The notes below the pieces were generated by a model. The model was not told the DNA's origin. It saw nothing but the letters and a program-made list of their open reading frames with translations, and made no database searches. Positions 11,234 to 22,484 of a stretch of 64,000 nt of DNA are shown piece by piece (position 1 is the stretch's first letter; each line of letters opens with the position of its first letter). Location: positions 128,001-192,000 of the forward strand of contig CAVPBK010000011.1 of the NCBI GenBank assembly GCA_963701855.1, given 5' to 3'. The stretch comes from Nitrospirota bacterium. Lineage in GTDB: Bacteria; Nitrospirota; Nitrospiria; Nitrospirales; Nitrospiraceae. Made by a program: the position numbers and the translations under genes.

Positions 11234-12070
11234 TTATGAAACCTTGGAGTGTGGTTCGATCGCTGTGTCAGGATCGTGACGACGTGATTCGATGCGGCGA
11301 AGCCATAATTCCAGCTGTACTACAGCTTTAGCATGAGGCGATGGAGGAAGCATCTCCACAGTGTCAGCAGCTCGGGAATCCTGCTCCGCGACCATAGGGT
11401 GTTCCCCTATCCGATCCTGAGGGGAAAGGCCTGTCTCCATAAGAAACGTTTCCACACTCATGGGCTCGACAGAAGCGATCGCCGATTCGTCCACTGTTGA
11501 GGCAGTCGAGTCTGGCACCGCAATCGTCTTTGTGGCAGCGACTGGGAGTTCGGCAGGATCGGGCGGTGCATTTGCCGTTTTGGCGGAGAGATCATTGATG
11601 ACTGGAGCCGTCGGTTTTGGCCGCTCTTGTTCCTTCTTGTGTTTCAGCGGTCCGCCTAAAGCGGCTTGAACTGAGCGCGCTTCTTCATCACGTGGGTTGA
11701 CTGTGAGGATGACGGCACAGGATTGCAGTGCTGATTCGTTCAGCCCCTGGCTCTGGTAGATCTTGATCAAGGTTCGGTGCGCGCGCAGGTTTTCAGGACT
11801 CAACTTGACGGATTCTTCCAGAATGGCTCTGGCCTTCGTGGCCTGACCCATGTGGTCATATGCACGTCCGAGCGCGACCATGGCGGTAATGAATCCGGGA
11901 TACAGTTTCAGGCCATCTTCAAGGACGCCTGCGGCTTCCTGCCACATACCGACTTTTCCATACTCTTCGGCCAAGGGCATAAAGACCTTCGAGTGTGGAT
12001 CTTTGGCCAACTGGGTAGCCAGTCGATCGATTTCCAAGGCACTCTCGGCGGCTTGCTGATCCTGAGCCAT
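11234..12070 (-). CDS. Tetratricopeptide repeat protein
   Basis: N-terminal TPR helices followed by a low-complexity linker. Confidence 0.8.
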   Translation of the reverse strand: MAQDQQAAESALEIDRLATQLAKDPHSKVFMPLAEEYGKVGMWQEAAGVLEDGLKLYPGFITAMVALGRAYDHMGQATKARAILEESVKLSPENLRAHRTLIKIYQSQGLNESALQSCAVILTVNPRDEEARSVQAALGGPLKHKKEQERPKPTAPVINDLSAKTANAPPDPAELPVAATKTIAVPDSTASTVDESAIASVEPMSVETFLMETGLSPQDRIGEHPMVAEQDSRAADTVEMLPPSPHAKAVVQLELWLRRIESRRHDPDTAIEPHSKVS

Positions 12071-12076
12071 AGGCTG

Positions 12077-13342
12077 CTAGCGTCCTCCTGCAACTGGCTT
12101 CGAGGCCTGGATAGATTGTCTGGTGTGGATTAATGTTTGCGCCCGGTTCAAGATCGCGTCGGCGAGTGCTCGTTTTGGCATCAGGGGCAGTTCGGTCATA
12201 CCCCCCTGCCGGTCAATCAATACGGCTGCGTTCTGATCGCTGCCGAATCCCGCTCCTTCTATCGTGACATCGTTGGCAACAATAAGGTCGAGCCCTTTCG
12301 CCTTCAGTTTCTCTTTCGCATGGACGATCAGATCGTTGGTCTCAGCAGCAAAGCCAACCATGAGTTGCGTGGTCCGTTGGGCAGATAAGGATGCCAGAAT
12401 GTCAGTAGTTCGTTCGAGATCGAGCGTCTGGGCGGTTCGTCCCTGTTTCTTTATTTTTTGCGAGGCAGGGTGTGTGGGACGAAAATCCCCCACGGCTGCG
12501 GCCATAATGACGGTGGTCGACCATGCCAGATGCGCGGACAGGGCCTTCAACATCTCTTCAGCCGTAACTACGGAAACAACCTCGACGCCTCTCGGAGTCG
12601 GTAGCGCTGTTGGACCAGTGACGAGAACCACCTGGGCTCCCCTTGCCTGGGCAGCTTCGGCGATGGCATAGCCCATCTTGCCGGAGGAGCGATTCGAAAT
12701 AAAGCGTACCGGATCGATCAGCTCTTGTGTCGGACCCGCCGAAACCAGCATACGCTGCCCTTGCCAATCGCGTTGTGGTGCCAGCGCCGCCTGAATCGCC
12801 TTCAGAATTGTGCCTTCCTCTGCCAAGCGGCCTTGACCGACCTGTCCGGAAGCAAGCGGACCTACTTCTGGATTCACCACGATTGTTCCCCTCGCACGCA
12901 GCGTCCCTATATGTTCTTGGACAGATGGATGCATCCACATCCCCCCGTCCATGGCGGGGACCACAATCAACGGGCACTCTGCTGAAAGGAGGATCGTCGA
13001 GAGAAGATCGTCGCCCAGCCCCAGCGCTGCCTTTGCAAGACAATTGGCCGTGGCTGGCGCAATGACGATGGCATCTGCCTGTGCGGGCAACGATAAGTGC
13101 TTCATCTCCTGATGCGCCTCGAACACATCCGTCGAGACTGGATAACCGGAAAGCACTTCAAACGTCAGCGGGGTGACGAACTTCGTGGCCGATTGCGTCA
13201 TCACGACGTGCACCACCGCTCCTTCACGGAGCAAGGTCCGGAGCAATGCAACCGCCTTATAGGCAGCGATGCTGCCGGTCACGCCGAGCACGATCTGCTT
13301 TCCGATCAACGTCGGCTCACTGAAGTCGGAGATCTTCACCAA
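12077..13342 (-). CDS. coaBC: Phosphopantothenoylcysteine decarboxylase/ligase
   Basis: GVTGSIAAYK, PATAN, DPVRFISNRSSGKMG, GFAAET. Confidence 0.96.
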   Translation of the reverse strand: MVKISDFSEPTLIGKQIVLGVTGSIAAYKAVALLRTLLREGAVVHVVMTQSATKFVTPLTFEVLSGYPVSTDVFEAHQEMKHLSLPAQADAIVIAPATANCLAKAALGLGDDLLSTILLSAECPLIVVPAMDGGMWMHPSVQEHIGTLRARGTIVVNPEVGPLASGQVGQGRLAEEGTILKAIQAALAPQRDWQGQRMLVSAGPTQELIDPVRFISNRSSGKMGYAIAEAAQARGAQVVLVTGPTALPTPRGVEVVSVVTAEEMLKALSAHLAWSTTVIMAAAVGDFRPTHPASQKIKKQGRTAQTLDLERTTDILASLSAQRTTQLMVGFAAETNDLIVHAKEKLKAKGLDLIVANDVTIEGAGFGSDQNAAVLIDRQGGMTELPLMPKRALADAILNRAQTLIHTRQSIQASKPVAGGR

Positions 13343-13351
13343 TGACTCCTT

Positions 13352-13708
13352 TTACTCCTCGCTCTCAGCCACCACCGGCTTCGGGGAATCGTCAACATAG
13401 ACGCTCAATTCTTTCTTGATCTCCTTTGCGTCGTCGCCGGTCATCAAGGCGATGCGTTCCATTTCGCCTTCCTTGCCTCGCTTCGCCTCCTTCATAGCAT
13501 CCCGCGCTTCCTGGCCAACGAGGTATGTGATTTTCCCCTGAAGAACCTCATCAAGAGCAATAGTCGTTTCTTTGGTGAAGCGTGAAGCGGCATGGCGCGA
13601 TCCCTGAACAATATGCTTTGCTCGCTGGGCTGTGATAATCGCCAGCCGGTGGCGCGAGTCAAATTCGCCCGCTGTGTATTGGGGCAAGAGTCTCAACATG
13701 TCGATCAT
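13352..13708 (-). CDS. rpoZ: RNA polymerase omega subunit
   Basis: SRHRLAIITAQRAK...KETTIALDE; conserved gmk-rpoZ-coaBC order. Confidence 0.88.
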   Translation of the reverse strand: MIDMLRLLPQYTAGEFDSRHRLAIITAQRAKHIVQGSRHAASRFTKETTIALDEVLQGKITYLVGQEARDAMKEAKRGKEGEMERIALMTGDDAKEIKKELSVYVDDSPKPVVAESEE

Positions 13709-13728
13709 GGACGCGGTACTCCTTTAGG

Positions 13729-14439
13729 TTAGGGAAGATCTTTGCGATCTTCGGGTTTCTGTTCATCCCCAATGATGAAATTGCTCTCAAGCCACGACAT
13801 ATTCAACCGTTTTGTCTTCAAACGTTCCGACCAAAAGATGCTTTCGAGATCGTGAAGGGATCGTCCGAGGTCTTCGTTTCTGACAATATAGGCGTATTCC
13901 CGATAGCTCCATACCTCTTCTTTCACTTTGTGCAGTCGCCGTTGAATCTCTTCCGCAGTATCTGATGCCCTGGTTTGAAGCCTGGCCCGGAGCACAGTCA
14001 TCGAGGGAGGGAGAATAAAGATCGACACCGAATCCTCGAATCGTTTCTTGACCTGCATCGCCCCTTGCACATCGATCTCCAGTAACACATCGACCCCCTG
14101 GTCGATCTTTTCGTTCAGCGATTTCCACGGAGTTCCATAGAGATGTCCATAGACATGAGCCCACTCGACAAATTCATTTCGCGCGATCATCTCTCGGAAT
14201 GTCTCTTCTCCAATGAAGAAATAATCGTGTCCATGCGCTTCGCCTGGCCGCGGCTTCCTTGTGGTATAGGAAACCGAATGCCACAGTCCGGGGAGGTTCG
14301 CGGTGAGTTGCTTGCAGAGCGTGGTTTTCCCCGTCCCGGAAGGCGCGGAAATAATGAAAAGAATTCCCCGCCGATCCGTCGAGGGCCGTGGGGGGCTAGA
14401 TGCCGGTGCCGTGGAGCTGGTCGTGGTAGCTGAGTTCAT
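13729..14439 (-). CDS. gmk: Guanylate kinase
   Basis: SAPSGTGKTT, SYTTRKPRPGE, EIDVQG. Confidence 0.96.
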   Translation of the reverse strand: MNSATTTSSTAPASSPPRPSTDRRGILFIISAPSGTGKTTLCKQLTANLPGLWHSVSYTTRKPRPGEAHGHDYFFIGEETFREMIARNEFVEWAHVYGHLYGTPWKSLNEKIDQGVDVLLEIDVQGAMQVKKRFEDSVSIFILPPSMTVLRARLQTRASDTAEEIQRRLHKVKEEVWSYREYAYIVRNEDLGRSLHDLESIFWSERLKTKRLNMSWLESNFIIGDEQKPEDRKDLP

Positions 14440-15314
14440 TCGACGTTCTGGACCTGTTCGCGAATGCGTTCCAATTCGGCCTTCATCTGGACCACATGAC
14501 CGGCAATTTCCGCATCGTTGGCTTTCGAGCCGATTGTGTTGACTTCCCGCCCGATTTCCTGAAGCAGAAAATCGAGCGTTTTGCCTACAGAGTCTGCACG
14601 GTTGAGCGTCTGCTCAAACTGTACCATATGCGAGTCCAACCTGACTATTTCTTCGGTAATATCACCACGGTCAGCGTACACCGCCAGCTCCTGATATAGC
14701 CGGGGGGGATCAGGGATTTCCGACCCTAGTAGTTTTTCCACACGACCCTTCATTTTGTCAAAGATCTCCTTGGCCAATAGCGGGGTCCGTGCGGCGACAA
14801 GAGTCTTATGTCCCCGGATTGTGTGAATCCGTGCGCTCATATCCTCTGCCAGGGCTTTCCCTTCGCGCATTCGCATGCCCTCAAGATCCGTCAGTGCCTG
14901 GACCGTCAGTTGTTGAGCGATCTTCGCTAGTTTCGGGTCTTCCGTCGGTTGATCCGATACCGACAACACATCACGGAGCCCAGCCATAAGCGCAAGATCG
15001 ATAGAGCCGCTCAGCTTCAGGGATTTCTTGAGGGTCCGGAGGGCCTGATGGTACTGTTTCGCTAGGGATTGGTCAAGAATGACGTTTTCAGCACGGCCCT
15101 TGCCGGCCTGGACCGTCACCGTAATGTCGATGCGCCCACGGGTACAGTGCTGTTGAACGGCTTTCTTGAAAGAGTCTTCCAGAGGGCTTAACGGCCTGGG
15201 CAGGCGGCAGGCAATTTCTAGAAATCGATGGTTGACGGAACGCATTTCCACCGTCACAAACCCATCCTGCCAGGGGGCCTGTCGTCGTCCGAAACCGGTC
15301 ATACTACGAATCAT
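14436..15314 (-). CDS. yicC: YicC/YloC family endoribonuclease
   Basis: MIRSMTGFGR, SVNHRFLE, DITEEIVRLDSH, EIGREVNTIGSK, IREQVQNVE. Confidence 0.93.
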   Translation of the reverse strand: MIRSMTGFGRRQAPWQDGFVTVEMRSVNHRFLEIACRLPRPLSPLEDSFKKAVQQHCTRGRIDITVTVQAGKGRAENVILDQSLAKQYHQALRTLKKSLKLSGSIDLALMAGLRDVLSVSDQPTEDPKLAKIAQQLTVQALTDLEGMRMREGKALAEDMSARIHTIRGHKTLVAARTPLLAKEIFDKMKGRVEKLLGSEIPDPPRLYQELAVYADRGDITEEIVRLDSHMVQFEQTLNRADSVGKTLDFLLQEIGREVNTIGSKANDAEIAGHVVQMKAELERIREQVQNVE

Positions 15315-15973
15315 TGGAGACCTTTTTCTTTCCATGGGCAATGCCGGTAGACCGGACATGTGGCGCACTGGGGTTTTCTGGCAAGGCAGACATAGCGGCC
15401 ATGCAGTAACAATCGTTGCGAGACAGCAGTCCATTGGGATTTCGGCAGGAGCTGCTGCAGGTCTTGTTCGACCAAGTCTGGATTGTCGGATCTGGTCAAT
15501 CCAAGTCGCTTCGCCACGCGCTTCACATGGGTATCGACGACGATACTGGGCTGGCTAAAAACAGTCCCGAGAATAACATTTGCCGTCTTTCTGCCGACCC
15601 CCGGCAAAGTGATCAACTCTTCCATCGTGTGCGGGACTTGTTCACTGAAGCGCTCGGTCACAGCTTTGCCGCAGGCGACGAGATGTTTCGCCTTATTCTT
15701 AAAGAAACCAGTGGAACGAATGAGCTGTTCAAGTTCAGGAAGATGCGCCGCAGCCAACTCTGCTGGTCTCCGATAATGCCGAAAGAGCGATGGAGTGACC
15801 TGGTTGACTCGCTGGTCGGTACATTGGGCGGAGAGGATCGTAGCCACGAGCAATTCCCAAGGCGAACGATGGTCGAGCTCCATTTTCGGGCTTGGCATGG
15901 TGTGCTGGAGCGTCTTTGCAATCTCTCGGAGGCGCTTCCGATAATCCAATGATGGCAGAGATTTCGTTGTCAT
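15311..15973 (-). CDS. nth: Endonuclease III
   Basis: LLVATILSAQCTD, LPGVGRKTANV, VDTH, C-x6-C-x2-C-x5-C Fe-S motif. Confidence 0.95.
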   Translation of the reverse strand: MTTKSLPSLDYRKRLREIAKTLQHTMPSPKMELDHRSPWELLVATILSAQCTDQRVNQVTPSLFRHYRRPAELAAAHLPELEQLIRSTGFFKNKAKHLVACGKAVTERFSEQVPHTMEELITLPGVGRKTANVILGTVFSQPSIVVDTHVKRVAKRLGLTRSDNPDLVEQDLQQLLPKSQWTAVSQRLLLHGRYVCLARKPQCATCPVYRHCPWKEKGLQ

Positions 15974-16007
15974 GGATGGTGCCACAATGGGCCAATTGTG
16001 CAGCGGG

Positions 16008-17693
16008 TTACGGACGAGATGCAAGTGTGGGCACCGAGGCTGCCGATTTTTCGGAAGAACCATCCGGTGGGACAAGCGCGGCCAGCCGTTCTTCAAGGTG
16101 CTGAATCAGTGGGGACAAGGTCTCTGGGTTCAGAGCCGAGATCCCGATCGCACCGTAGCGTCGACAGAGGGCTTCCGCTTGTGCGGACGGAAGTCGGTCG
16201 CACTTATTGAACACCAGGACTCGCGGAAGCTGGTCGAGGGCAAGGCTTTGCAGCACGATGTCGACTGCTGCGATATGAGTGTCCAGATCTTTTGCCCCTG
16301 CATCGACCACATGCATGAGGAGGTCTGCATCGCGCAATTCTTCCAGCGTCGTTCTGAAGGCTGCGAGAAGATCTTTGGGCAGGTCGCGAATAAATCCAAC
16401 CGTGTCAGTGATAATGACTTCCCTGCCATGCGGGAAACGCAATCTTCGGCTGGTTGTGTCGAGCGTTTCAAAGACGCGTGCGGCTGCGCTTACCTGACTG
16501 TTCGTTAAGACATTAAGCAATGTTGACTTGCCGGCGTTTGTGTAGCCCACAATTGACAAGACTGGGAAGGGCTGTCGGCCGCGGCGTGATCGCCGTTGGT
16601 CTTGGTGACGGGCAAAGCCCTCGATTTCCCGATCCAAATGGTCGATGCGCTCTCTGATGCGACGACGATCCGTTTCGAGCTTTGTTTCACCGGGACCTCT
16701 GCTGCCGATGCCACCGCCCAAGCGTGAGAGGCTCGCACCCTGACCGGAGAGACGAGGGAGCAAATAACGAAGTTGCGCCAATTCGACCTGCACCTTGCCT
16801 TCTCGGCTATGCGCTCGCTGTGCAAAGATATCAAGAATCAGTTGGGTCCGATCGATGACAGTGAGGTCCGTGATCTCCTCAATGGCGCGCAGCTGCGCGG
16901 GAGCTAAATCTTGATCGAAGATAAGCAGGTCCGCGCCTTTTTGCATGGCTTGCATCAGCACGTCCTTGAGTTTGCCGCTTCCCAATTGGAACCGATGATG
17001 GCCGCTCTGTGTGCGTTGCACTAAACGGTCGATCACCGTGAGATCTGCCGAGGAGGCCAGTTCTGCCAATTCGGCGAGGCGCTCTTCTTGGTCGGCCTTG
17101 CTCTTGGGGGAGGCGCTCACGAGGATGGCGGTCTGCCCCTGAGCCATCGTGTGAGAACCGCTCTGGCGCTGAAGGTCTGCCTCCAATTCACGAATGAATG
17201 TCTCGAAGCTCACAGGACATTGATGAACCAAAGTGGGCTTCATGAGCGTATACAGCTGTCCATGAGGACTGGGTGGGTTCAAATGAGCCAGGGAGAGTAA
17301 CCCTGGTTCCCCCTTGGGCGTAACGGACATCGTTCCGATCATATCGAGTCGGAGTAGACCCAGTAGGGTGAGGTCTTCTTGAGTAAGGGGCAGTTCCTTT
17401 AGATGGGCGCGTATGAGACGAAGGCCCCGCAGAGATCGTGGGCTTGCGCGAAAGGTGGCCAAAGTCGTTGGCGATGGCTCGGTGCCGGCGCCGACCAGAA
17501 CGTCTTGAACAGCTCCGCGCCTGGTGATGACCAAGCCAATGGGGCGCCGAATTTCGTGCGTAAATTGCGCGAGAGTTTTTGCCGCTTCAGCCGAAAGGAC
17601 TTCATCTACAGACATACGCCGGCGATAGAGCCGCTCAAGCATTGTGAGCTGGCTGGCTCGGAGACCGAGAACCTGTCCGTGAATTTCTGGAAT
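16008..17693 (-). CDS. hflX: GTPase HflX (long form); probable ATT start at 17693, first ATG at 17642
   Basis: DRTQLILDIFAQRA, RGPGETKLE, GYTNAGKST, DTVGFI, NKCD. Confidence 0.93.
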   Translation of the reverse strand: MPEIHGQVLGLRASQLTMLERLYRRRMSVDEVLSAEAAKTLAQFTHEIRRPIGLVITRRGAVQDVLVGAGTEPSPTTLATFRASPRSLRGLRLIRAHLKELPLTQEDLTLLGLLRLDMIGTMSVTPKGEPGLLSLAHLNPPSPHGQLYTLMKPTLVHQCPVSFETFIRELEADLQRQSGSHTMAQGQTAILVSASPKSKADQEERLAELAELASSADLTVIDRLVQRTQSGHHRFQLGSGKLKDVLMQAMQKGADLLIFDQDLAPAQLRAIEEITDLTVIDRTQLILDIFAQRAHSREGKVQVELAQLRYLLPRLSGQGASLSRLGGGIGSRGPGETKLETDRRRIRERIDHLDREIEGFARHQDQRRSRRGRQPFPVLSIVGYTNAGKSTLLNVLTNSQVSAAARVFETLDTTSRRLRFPHGREVIITDTVGFIRDLPKDLLAAFRTTLEELRDADLLMHVVDAGAKDLDTHIAAVDIVLQSLALDQLPRVLVFNKCDRLPSAQAEALCRRYGAIGISALNPETLSPLIQHLEERLAALVPPDGSSEKSAASVPTLASRP

Positions 17694-17719
17694 GGACGTC
17701 GTTTCCTTATAGGCGTCGG

Positions 17720-18790
17720 TTAGATCGTCGTCGCGAAGGATGAAGCCAGTGAAGCTTGGGCATCGATGTCCAAGGAGGCGTGGAGCCCTGAAAAAAGAGC
17801 CTGTCGCCCTGCGGCTGCAATCATTGCCGCATTGTCGGTACAGTAGGCCAGCGGGGGGAGGCTTAACTGCAGGCTTTCGGATGCCGCTCGTTGCTGAAGC
17901 AGTGTGCGTAATCGAGAATTGGCTGACACTCCTCCGACAACGGCTAACGCTTGTGCGCCGGATGACCGAACTGCGGCAAATGATTTTTCCACCAAAACAG
18001 TCACGATGGCCTCCTGATAGCCAGCCGCCAAGTCAGCAATTTTCGCCTTGTGAGACTGCTCATCTATCCCTTGAAGTCTATAGAGCAATGCTGTCTTTAA
18101 ACCACTGAAACTAAAATCAAGGCTCCCATTTTTTAGATAAGAACGGGGAAAGGCAATGGTTTCTGGATTACCCAGGCGAGCCAGACCATCTATGGCTGGC
18201 CCTCCTGGAAATTCTAGCCCAAGCAACTGAGCCCCTTTATCAAATGCCTCCCCTGCCGCATCGTCTCGGGTGGCGCCAAGGAGTCTGCAGTGACCGCTTA
18301 GCTCCTTATAATAAAGATGGGTATGGCCACCGGAAACAACCAGGACCACGCAGGGTAAGGGAAACGCTGGATCCTTCAGCCAAGCGGAAGCGATGTGGCC
18401 TTCAAGATGACTCACGCCGACCACCGGAATATTCAAGGCATAGGCCAGTGCCTTTGCATAATTGACTCCGACGAGCAGAGCACCCGCCAAACCTGGTCCT
18501 TGGGTAACGGCGATTCCCGTGAGATCCGCCCATGCGAGACTGGCTTGTTGCAGTGCCGCAGATGATACGTCTTCAATCGATTCAATGTGGGCACGAGAAG
18601 CAAGTTCGGGAACGACGCCACCGAATCGCCGATGAACATCATGCTGTGACGTAATAATATTCGAAAGGACGGAACCGTCTTCGGCAAGCACCGATGCGGC
18701 CGTTTCATCACATGATGTTTCGATACCAAGGATGGGCCCAGGTATCCAGGCTGCGATAGGCTGCTCAACGGTCGTCATCGTAAAATGCAT
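17720..18790 (-). CDS. tsaD: tRNA t6A synthesis protein TsaD
   Basis: GIETSCDET, GGVVPELASRAH, HLEGH, DDAAGEAFDK, CTDNAAMIA. Confidence 0.96.
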   Translation of the reverse strand: MHFTMTTVEQPIAAWIPGPILGIETSCDETAASVLAEDGSVLSNIITSQHDVHRRFGGVVPELASRAHIESIEDVSSAALQQASLAWADLTGIAVTQGPGLAGALLVGVNYAKALAYALNIPVVGVSHLEGHIASAWLKDPAFPLPCVVLVVSGGHTHLYYKELSGHCRLLGATRDDAAGEAFDKGAQLLGLEFPGGPAIDGLARLGNPETIAFPRSYLKNGSLDFSFSGLKTALLYRLQGIDEQSHKAKIADLAAGYQEAIVTVLVEKSFAAVRSSGAQALAVVGGVSANSRLRTLLQQRAASESLQLSLPPLAYCTDNAAMIAAAGRQALFSGLHASLDIDAQASLASSFATTI

Positions 18791-18921
18791 CCCAATCGTA
18801 CGAACTGGACAGCGAGAACTGCGTTATACAGAAGAGGAGAAATGACACGGCCCTCGTGGCCATTGGCGCCACAAGGGCCGTACTCTATACAATGGCGTCA
18901 CGCAGGTGCAGGGCTAAGATA

Positions 18922-21348
18922 CTAGACCCCAGCCATCGCCTCTTGCTCGATGAATGCCGGAGCGCCGTCGCGAAGCACCACGCGGATCTTTCGGCATTCC
19001 TTGAATCGCCCTCTAATCATCTCTTCGGAAAGTGGATCACCAATCGCGCGCTGAATCGTCCGGCGCATCGGTCTGGCTCCGTAAAGTGGTTCGTAGCCTT
19101 CTTTGATTAGCCACTGTTTGACATCATCCTCGACCTCAATCTCTACCCCCTTGTCGAGGAGACGAAGGTTGAGTTCACCCAAGAGGATATCGAGGATGCT
19201 GTAGAGATGCGTCTTGTCCAGCTGATGGAAGACTACGATCTCGTCAATCCGATTCAAAAACTCCGGGCTGAACGAGCGGCGTAATTCTCCCAACACTTCT
19301 TCCTTCTTATGGCGCTCTTGATCACCTTCTGTGCTCTGAAACCCGAGCGAGACTCCCTTCTGGATCATCTTGGTCCCGATATTAGAGGTCATGATGATGA
19401 CGCAATTTTTGAAGTCCACTTTACGTCCGAGACTGTCAGTCAGCACCCCGTCGTCCAATACTTGCAGCAAAATATTGAACACATCAGGATGGGCCTTTTC
19501 GATTTCGTCGAACAGGACCACTGAATAGGGCCGGCGCCGAACCCGTTCAGTCAATTGGCCACCCTCTTCATATCCCACATACCCAGGAGGGGCGCCGAAG
19601 AGTCGTGAACTGGTGAACTTTTCTTGATATTCGGACATATCGATCCGAATAAGCGAGTCTTCGCTATTGAAGAGGAACTCCGCGAGCGTCCTTGCCAACT
19701 CGGTTTTCCCGACCCCGGTGGGTCCCAGAAAAATAAAGGAACCAATGGGCTTTTTCGCTTCTTTCAGGCCGGCGCGTGACCGCCGAATGGCTCGGGCCAC
19801 AGCGGAGATCGCTTCATTCTGCCCAACCACGCGTTTATGGAGGAATTCCTCCATGCGAAGCAGCTTGTTCGATTCTTCTTCCTCAAGCTTGAAGAGTGGA
19901 ATGCCTGTCATCTTGGAGACGACATAGGCGACCTCTTCTTTCCCAATCGTCGGTTTGTTTTTTTCCTGGTTTTTCTTCCACTCACGCTTGGATTCATCGA
20001 GGAGTTTTCGCAGACGTTCTTCTTCCTCGCGATGGCGGACAGCCTCTTCGAAGTTCTGCATCGAGATGGCCAGTTCCTTATCTCGAGAGACTTTTTTCAG
20101 CTCTTGCTCCATGGCCTTCAGGTCGGACGGCAGCGCATAGGTCTGCAATTTGGCCCGCGATCCAGTCTCGTCGATCAAATCGATGGCCTTGTCCGGCAGG
20201 AAGCGATCGCTAATGTATCGATCGGACAGCTTGACCGCTTCGAGGATGGCCTCTTCTGAAATCTCGACCCCGTGATGTTCTTCATACCGATCGCGAAGCC
20301 CTTGGATGATCAACACCGTTTCATCAATGCTCGGCGGCTGGACGTGGATCGGCTGGAACCGTCGCTTGAGGGCTCCATCCTTCTCAATATGCTTTCGATA
20401 CTCATCGAGAGTCGTGGCGCCGATACATTGAATTTCTCCGCGCGACAGTGCGGGCTTGAGCATGTTGGAGGCATCGATCGACCCTTCCGCCGCCCCTGCA
20501 CCCACCAAAGTATGGAGTTCATCGATGAATATGATGATGTTCCCGGCCTGGACGATTTCTTTCATCACGACCTTCAGCCGTTCTTCGAATTGGCCCCGAT
20601 ATTTCGTCCCTGCGACCAATGAGCCGAGGTCGAGTGCAATGACACGTCGAGAGAGAAGGTTATCCGGCACTTCGGACTGGATAATTCGTTGGGCAAGCCC
20701 TTCAACAATGGCGGTCTTGCCGACGCCAGCCTCCCCGATGAGCACGGGATTATTTTTCGAACGGCGGCTCAGGATCTGAAGCACCCGCTCGATTTCGTCG
20801 GCTCGGCCGATGACAGGATCCAGTTGCCCTGCCTGGGCAAGCTGAGTCAGATCGCGACCGAACTCATCAAGTGCCGGGGTATTACTCTTCCGGTCCCGCT
20901 CACGCGGGGCGGACTTCCGCAAGAATGTCACGGTCAATTGTCGGGCAGTCAGGAGATTGGCGCCTAAGCTGCGGAGAATCTTTCCACCGATTCCCTCTTC
21001 TTCTCGAAGGAGGCCCAATAAGAGGTGCTCACTACCGATATGATTGTGTCCAAGGAGACGGGCTTCTTCGACCCCGTATTCGATGACCTTCTTGACCCGA
21101 GGGCTGAATGGAATCTCACCAAAGGTCATGGTAGTTCCCCCGCCAGGCAAATTCCGTTCAATTTCCAAACGGACTTGTTCGGTCGAGAGTCCCATCTTTT
21201 TCAAGATCATCAGGGCAATCCCGTCGGATTCTCGGAGAATGGCCAAGACAAGATGCTCGGTTCCGAGGTAGTCGTTTTGATGACGCTCAGCCTCTTCCCG
21301 TGCGAGGATGATGATCTTCCGGCCCTTATCCGTAAATCTTTCGAACAT
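18922..21348 (-). CDS. clpC: ATP-dependent Clp protease ATPase subunit ClpC
   Basis: MFERFT start, Clp-N repeats, GEAGVGKT and [11 protein letters not shown]-type middle domain, LGF loop. Confidence 0.95.
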   Translation of the reverse strand: MFERFTDKGRKIIILAREEAERHQNDYLGTEHLVLAILRESDGIALMILKKMGLSTEQVRLEIERNLPGGGTTMTFGEIPFSPRVKKVIEYGVEEARLLGHNHIGSEHLLLGLLREEEGIGGKILRSLGANLLTARQLTVTFLRKSAPRERDRKSNTPALDEFGRDLTQLAQAGQLDPVIGRADEIERVLQILSRRSKNNPVLIGEAGVGKTAIVEGLAQRIIQSEVPDNLLSRRVIALDLGSLVAGTKYRGQFEERLKVVMKEIVQAGNIIIFIDELHTLVGAGAAEGSIDASNMLKPALSRGEIQCIGATTLDEYRKHIEKDGALKRRFQPIHVQPPSIDETVLIIQGLRDRYEEHHGVEISEEAILEAVKLSDRYISDRFLPDKAIDLIDETGSRAKLQTYALPSDLKAMEQELKKVSRDKELAISMQNFEEAVRHREEEERLRKLLDESKREWKKNQEKNKPTIGKEEVAYVVSKMTGIPLFKLEEEESNKLLRMEEFLHKRVVGQNEAISAVARAIRRSRAGLKEAKKPIGSFIFLGPTGVGKTELARTLAEFLFNSEDSLIRIDMSEYQEKFTSSRLFGAPPGYVGYEEGGQLTERVRRRPYSVVLFDEIEKAHPDVFNILLQVLDDGVLTDSLGRKVDFKNCVIIMTSNIGTKMIQKGVSLGFQSTEGDQERHKKEEVLGELRRSFSPEFLNRIDEIVVFHQLDKTHLYSILDILLGELNLRLLDKGVEIEVEDDVKQWLIKEGYEPLYGARPMRRTIQRAIGDPLSEEMIRGRFKECRKIRVVLRDGAPAFIEQEAMAGV

Positions 21349-21417
21349 CCTGCCTCCTTTTAGGGTGGACCTGATAGCCAGCTCCACACGCGCAAAGTTC
21401 TCGAAAAATCTGACCTA

Positions 21418-21446
21418 ATTCTAACTAGAAGGATTTTAAGTGTCAA
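21418..21446 (-). promoter_or_regulatory. Sigma70-type promoter of clpC operon
   Basis: TTGACA-N17-TAGAAT. Confidence 0.75.
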
Positions 21447-21605
21447 GACTACGATACAATCGCACAAGCCAAGAGTTGGAGTGGACGAAATACATGTGGT
21501 GAAGGCCTGCCCCCTTCTGATTCGTTGACTTCAAAATAACCCACCCGATACAATCGCGCACATTTTCGCTGACCTCTCGATGTCATTACCATAGGGCGTC
21601 AACAC

Positions 21606-22466
21606 ATGAAAAGCAAAAGTATCGGGATCCTGGCAAAGCCAAAATTTCCTGAGATCAAGAGTACGCTGCAAGATGTGATCGCCTGGCTCCGGGCTCGAAA
21701 CATTGATGTGATTTTCGACACGACATCGGCAGCGCTTCTTGGTGAACAGGGGGGGTATCAAAACACTCAGCTGGCGAGCAAAGCGGACGTACTTCTGGTC
21801 TTGGGCGGCGACGGAACCATGCTCAATGCCGCTCGACTTGCCGGGGAACGAGGCATTCCCATCCTCGGCGTCAACATGGGCGGACTCGGTTTTTTAACCG
21901 AGGTTCGCTTGGAGAATCTATACCCCTCGCTCGAACGGGTATTCGCGAATGACTTTGTCCTCGATGAGCGACTCATGCTACGGACGAATATACATCGGCA
22001 TGGAGAGACGGTGGCGCAAGGGGTGGTGTTGAACGATGTCGTCATCAGCAAGGGCACGCTGGCCCACATGATCGAACTCAAGATTGCGATTCATGGACGA
22101 TTCGTGACTAACTTGCGCGGCGACGGGCTGATTGTCAGCAGCCCGACGGGATCCACCGCCTATTCCCTTTCAGCCGGAGGTCCCATTATCGATCCGGCAG
22201 TCCAATCATTGATCCTGACGCCGATTTGTCCTCATACGCTGACGCACCGGCCATTGATCGTGCCGGGCAACGCAGAGATCGATGTAACACTCACGAGTAA
22301 AGACGACGGCGCCATAGCGACGCTCGATGGACAGATGGGAGTGGCAATCACGCAGGGAGATACAATCGTGATTCAGACCTCGGAACACAGGTCCAGATTG
22401 ATCCGGTTTCCAGAGAGTAATTACTATGACGTGCTGAGAGAGAAACTCAAATGGGGGGACGGATAG
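21606..22466 (+). CDS. nadK: NAD kinase
   Basis: LGGDGT, GDGLIVSSPTGSTAYSLSAGG, PICPH. Confidence 0.96.
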   Translation: MKSKSIGILAKPKFPEIKSTLQDVIAWLRARNIDVIFDTTSAALLGEQGGYQNTQLASKADVLLVLGGDGTMLNAARLAGERGIPILGVNMGGLGFLTEVRLENLYPSLERVFANDFVLDERLMLRTNIHRHGETVAQGVVLNDVVISKGTLAHMIELKIAIHGRFVTNLRGDGLIVSSPTGSTAYSLSAGGPIIDPAVQSLILTPICPHTLTHRPLIVPGNAEIDVTLTSKDDGAIATLDGQMGVAITQGDTIVIQTSEHRSRLIRFPESNYYDVLREKLKWGDG

Positions 22467-22484
22467 AAACTAAAGACGTGCGGG

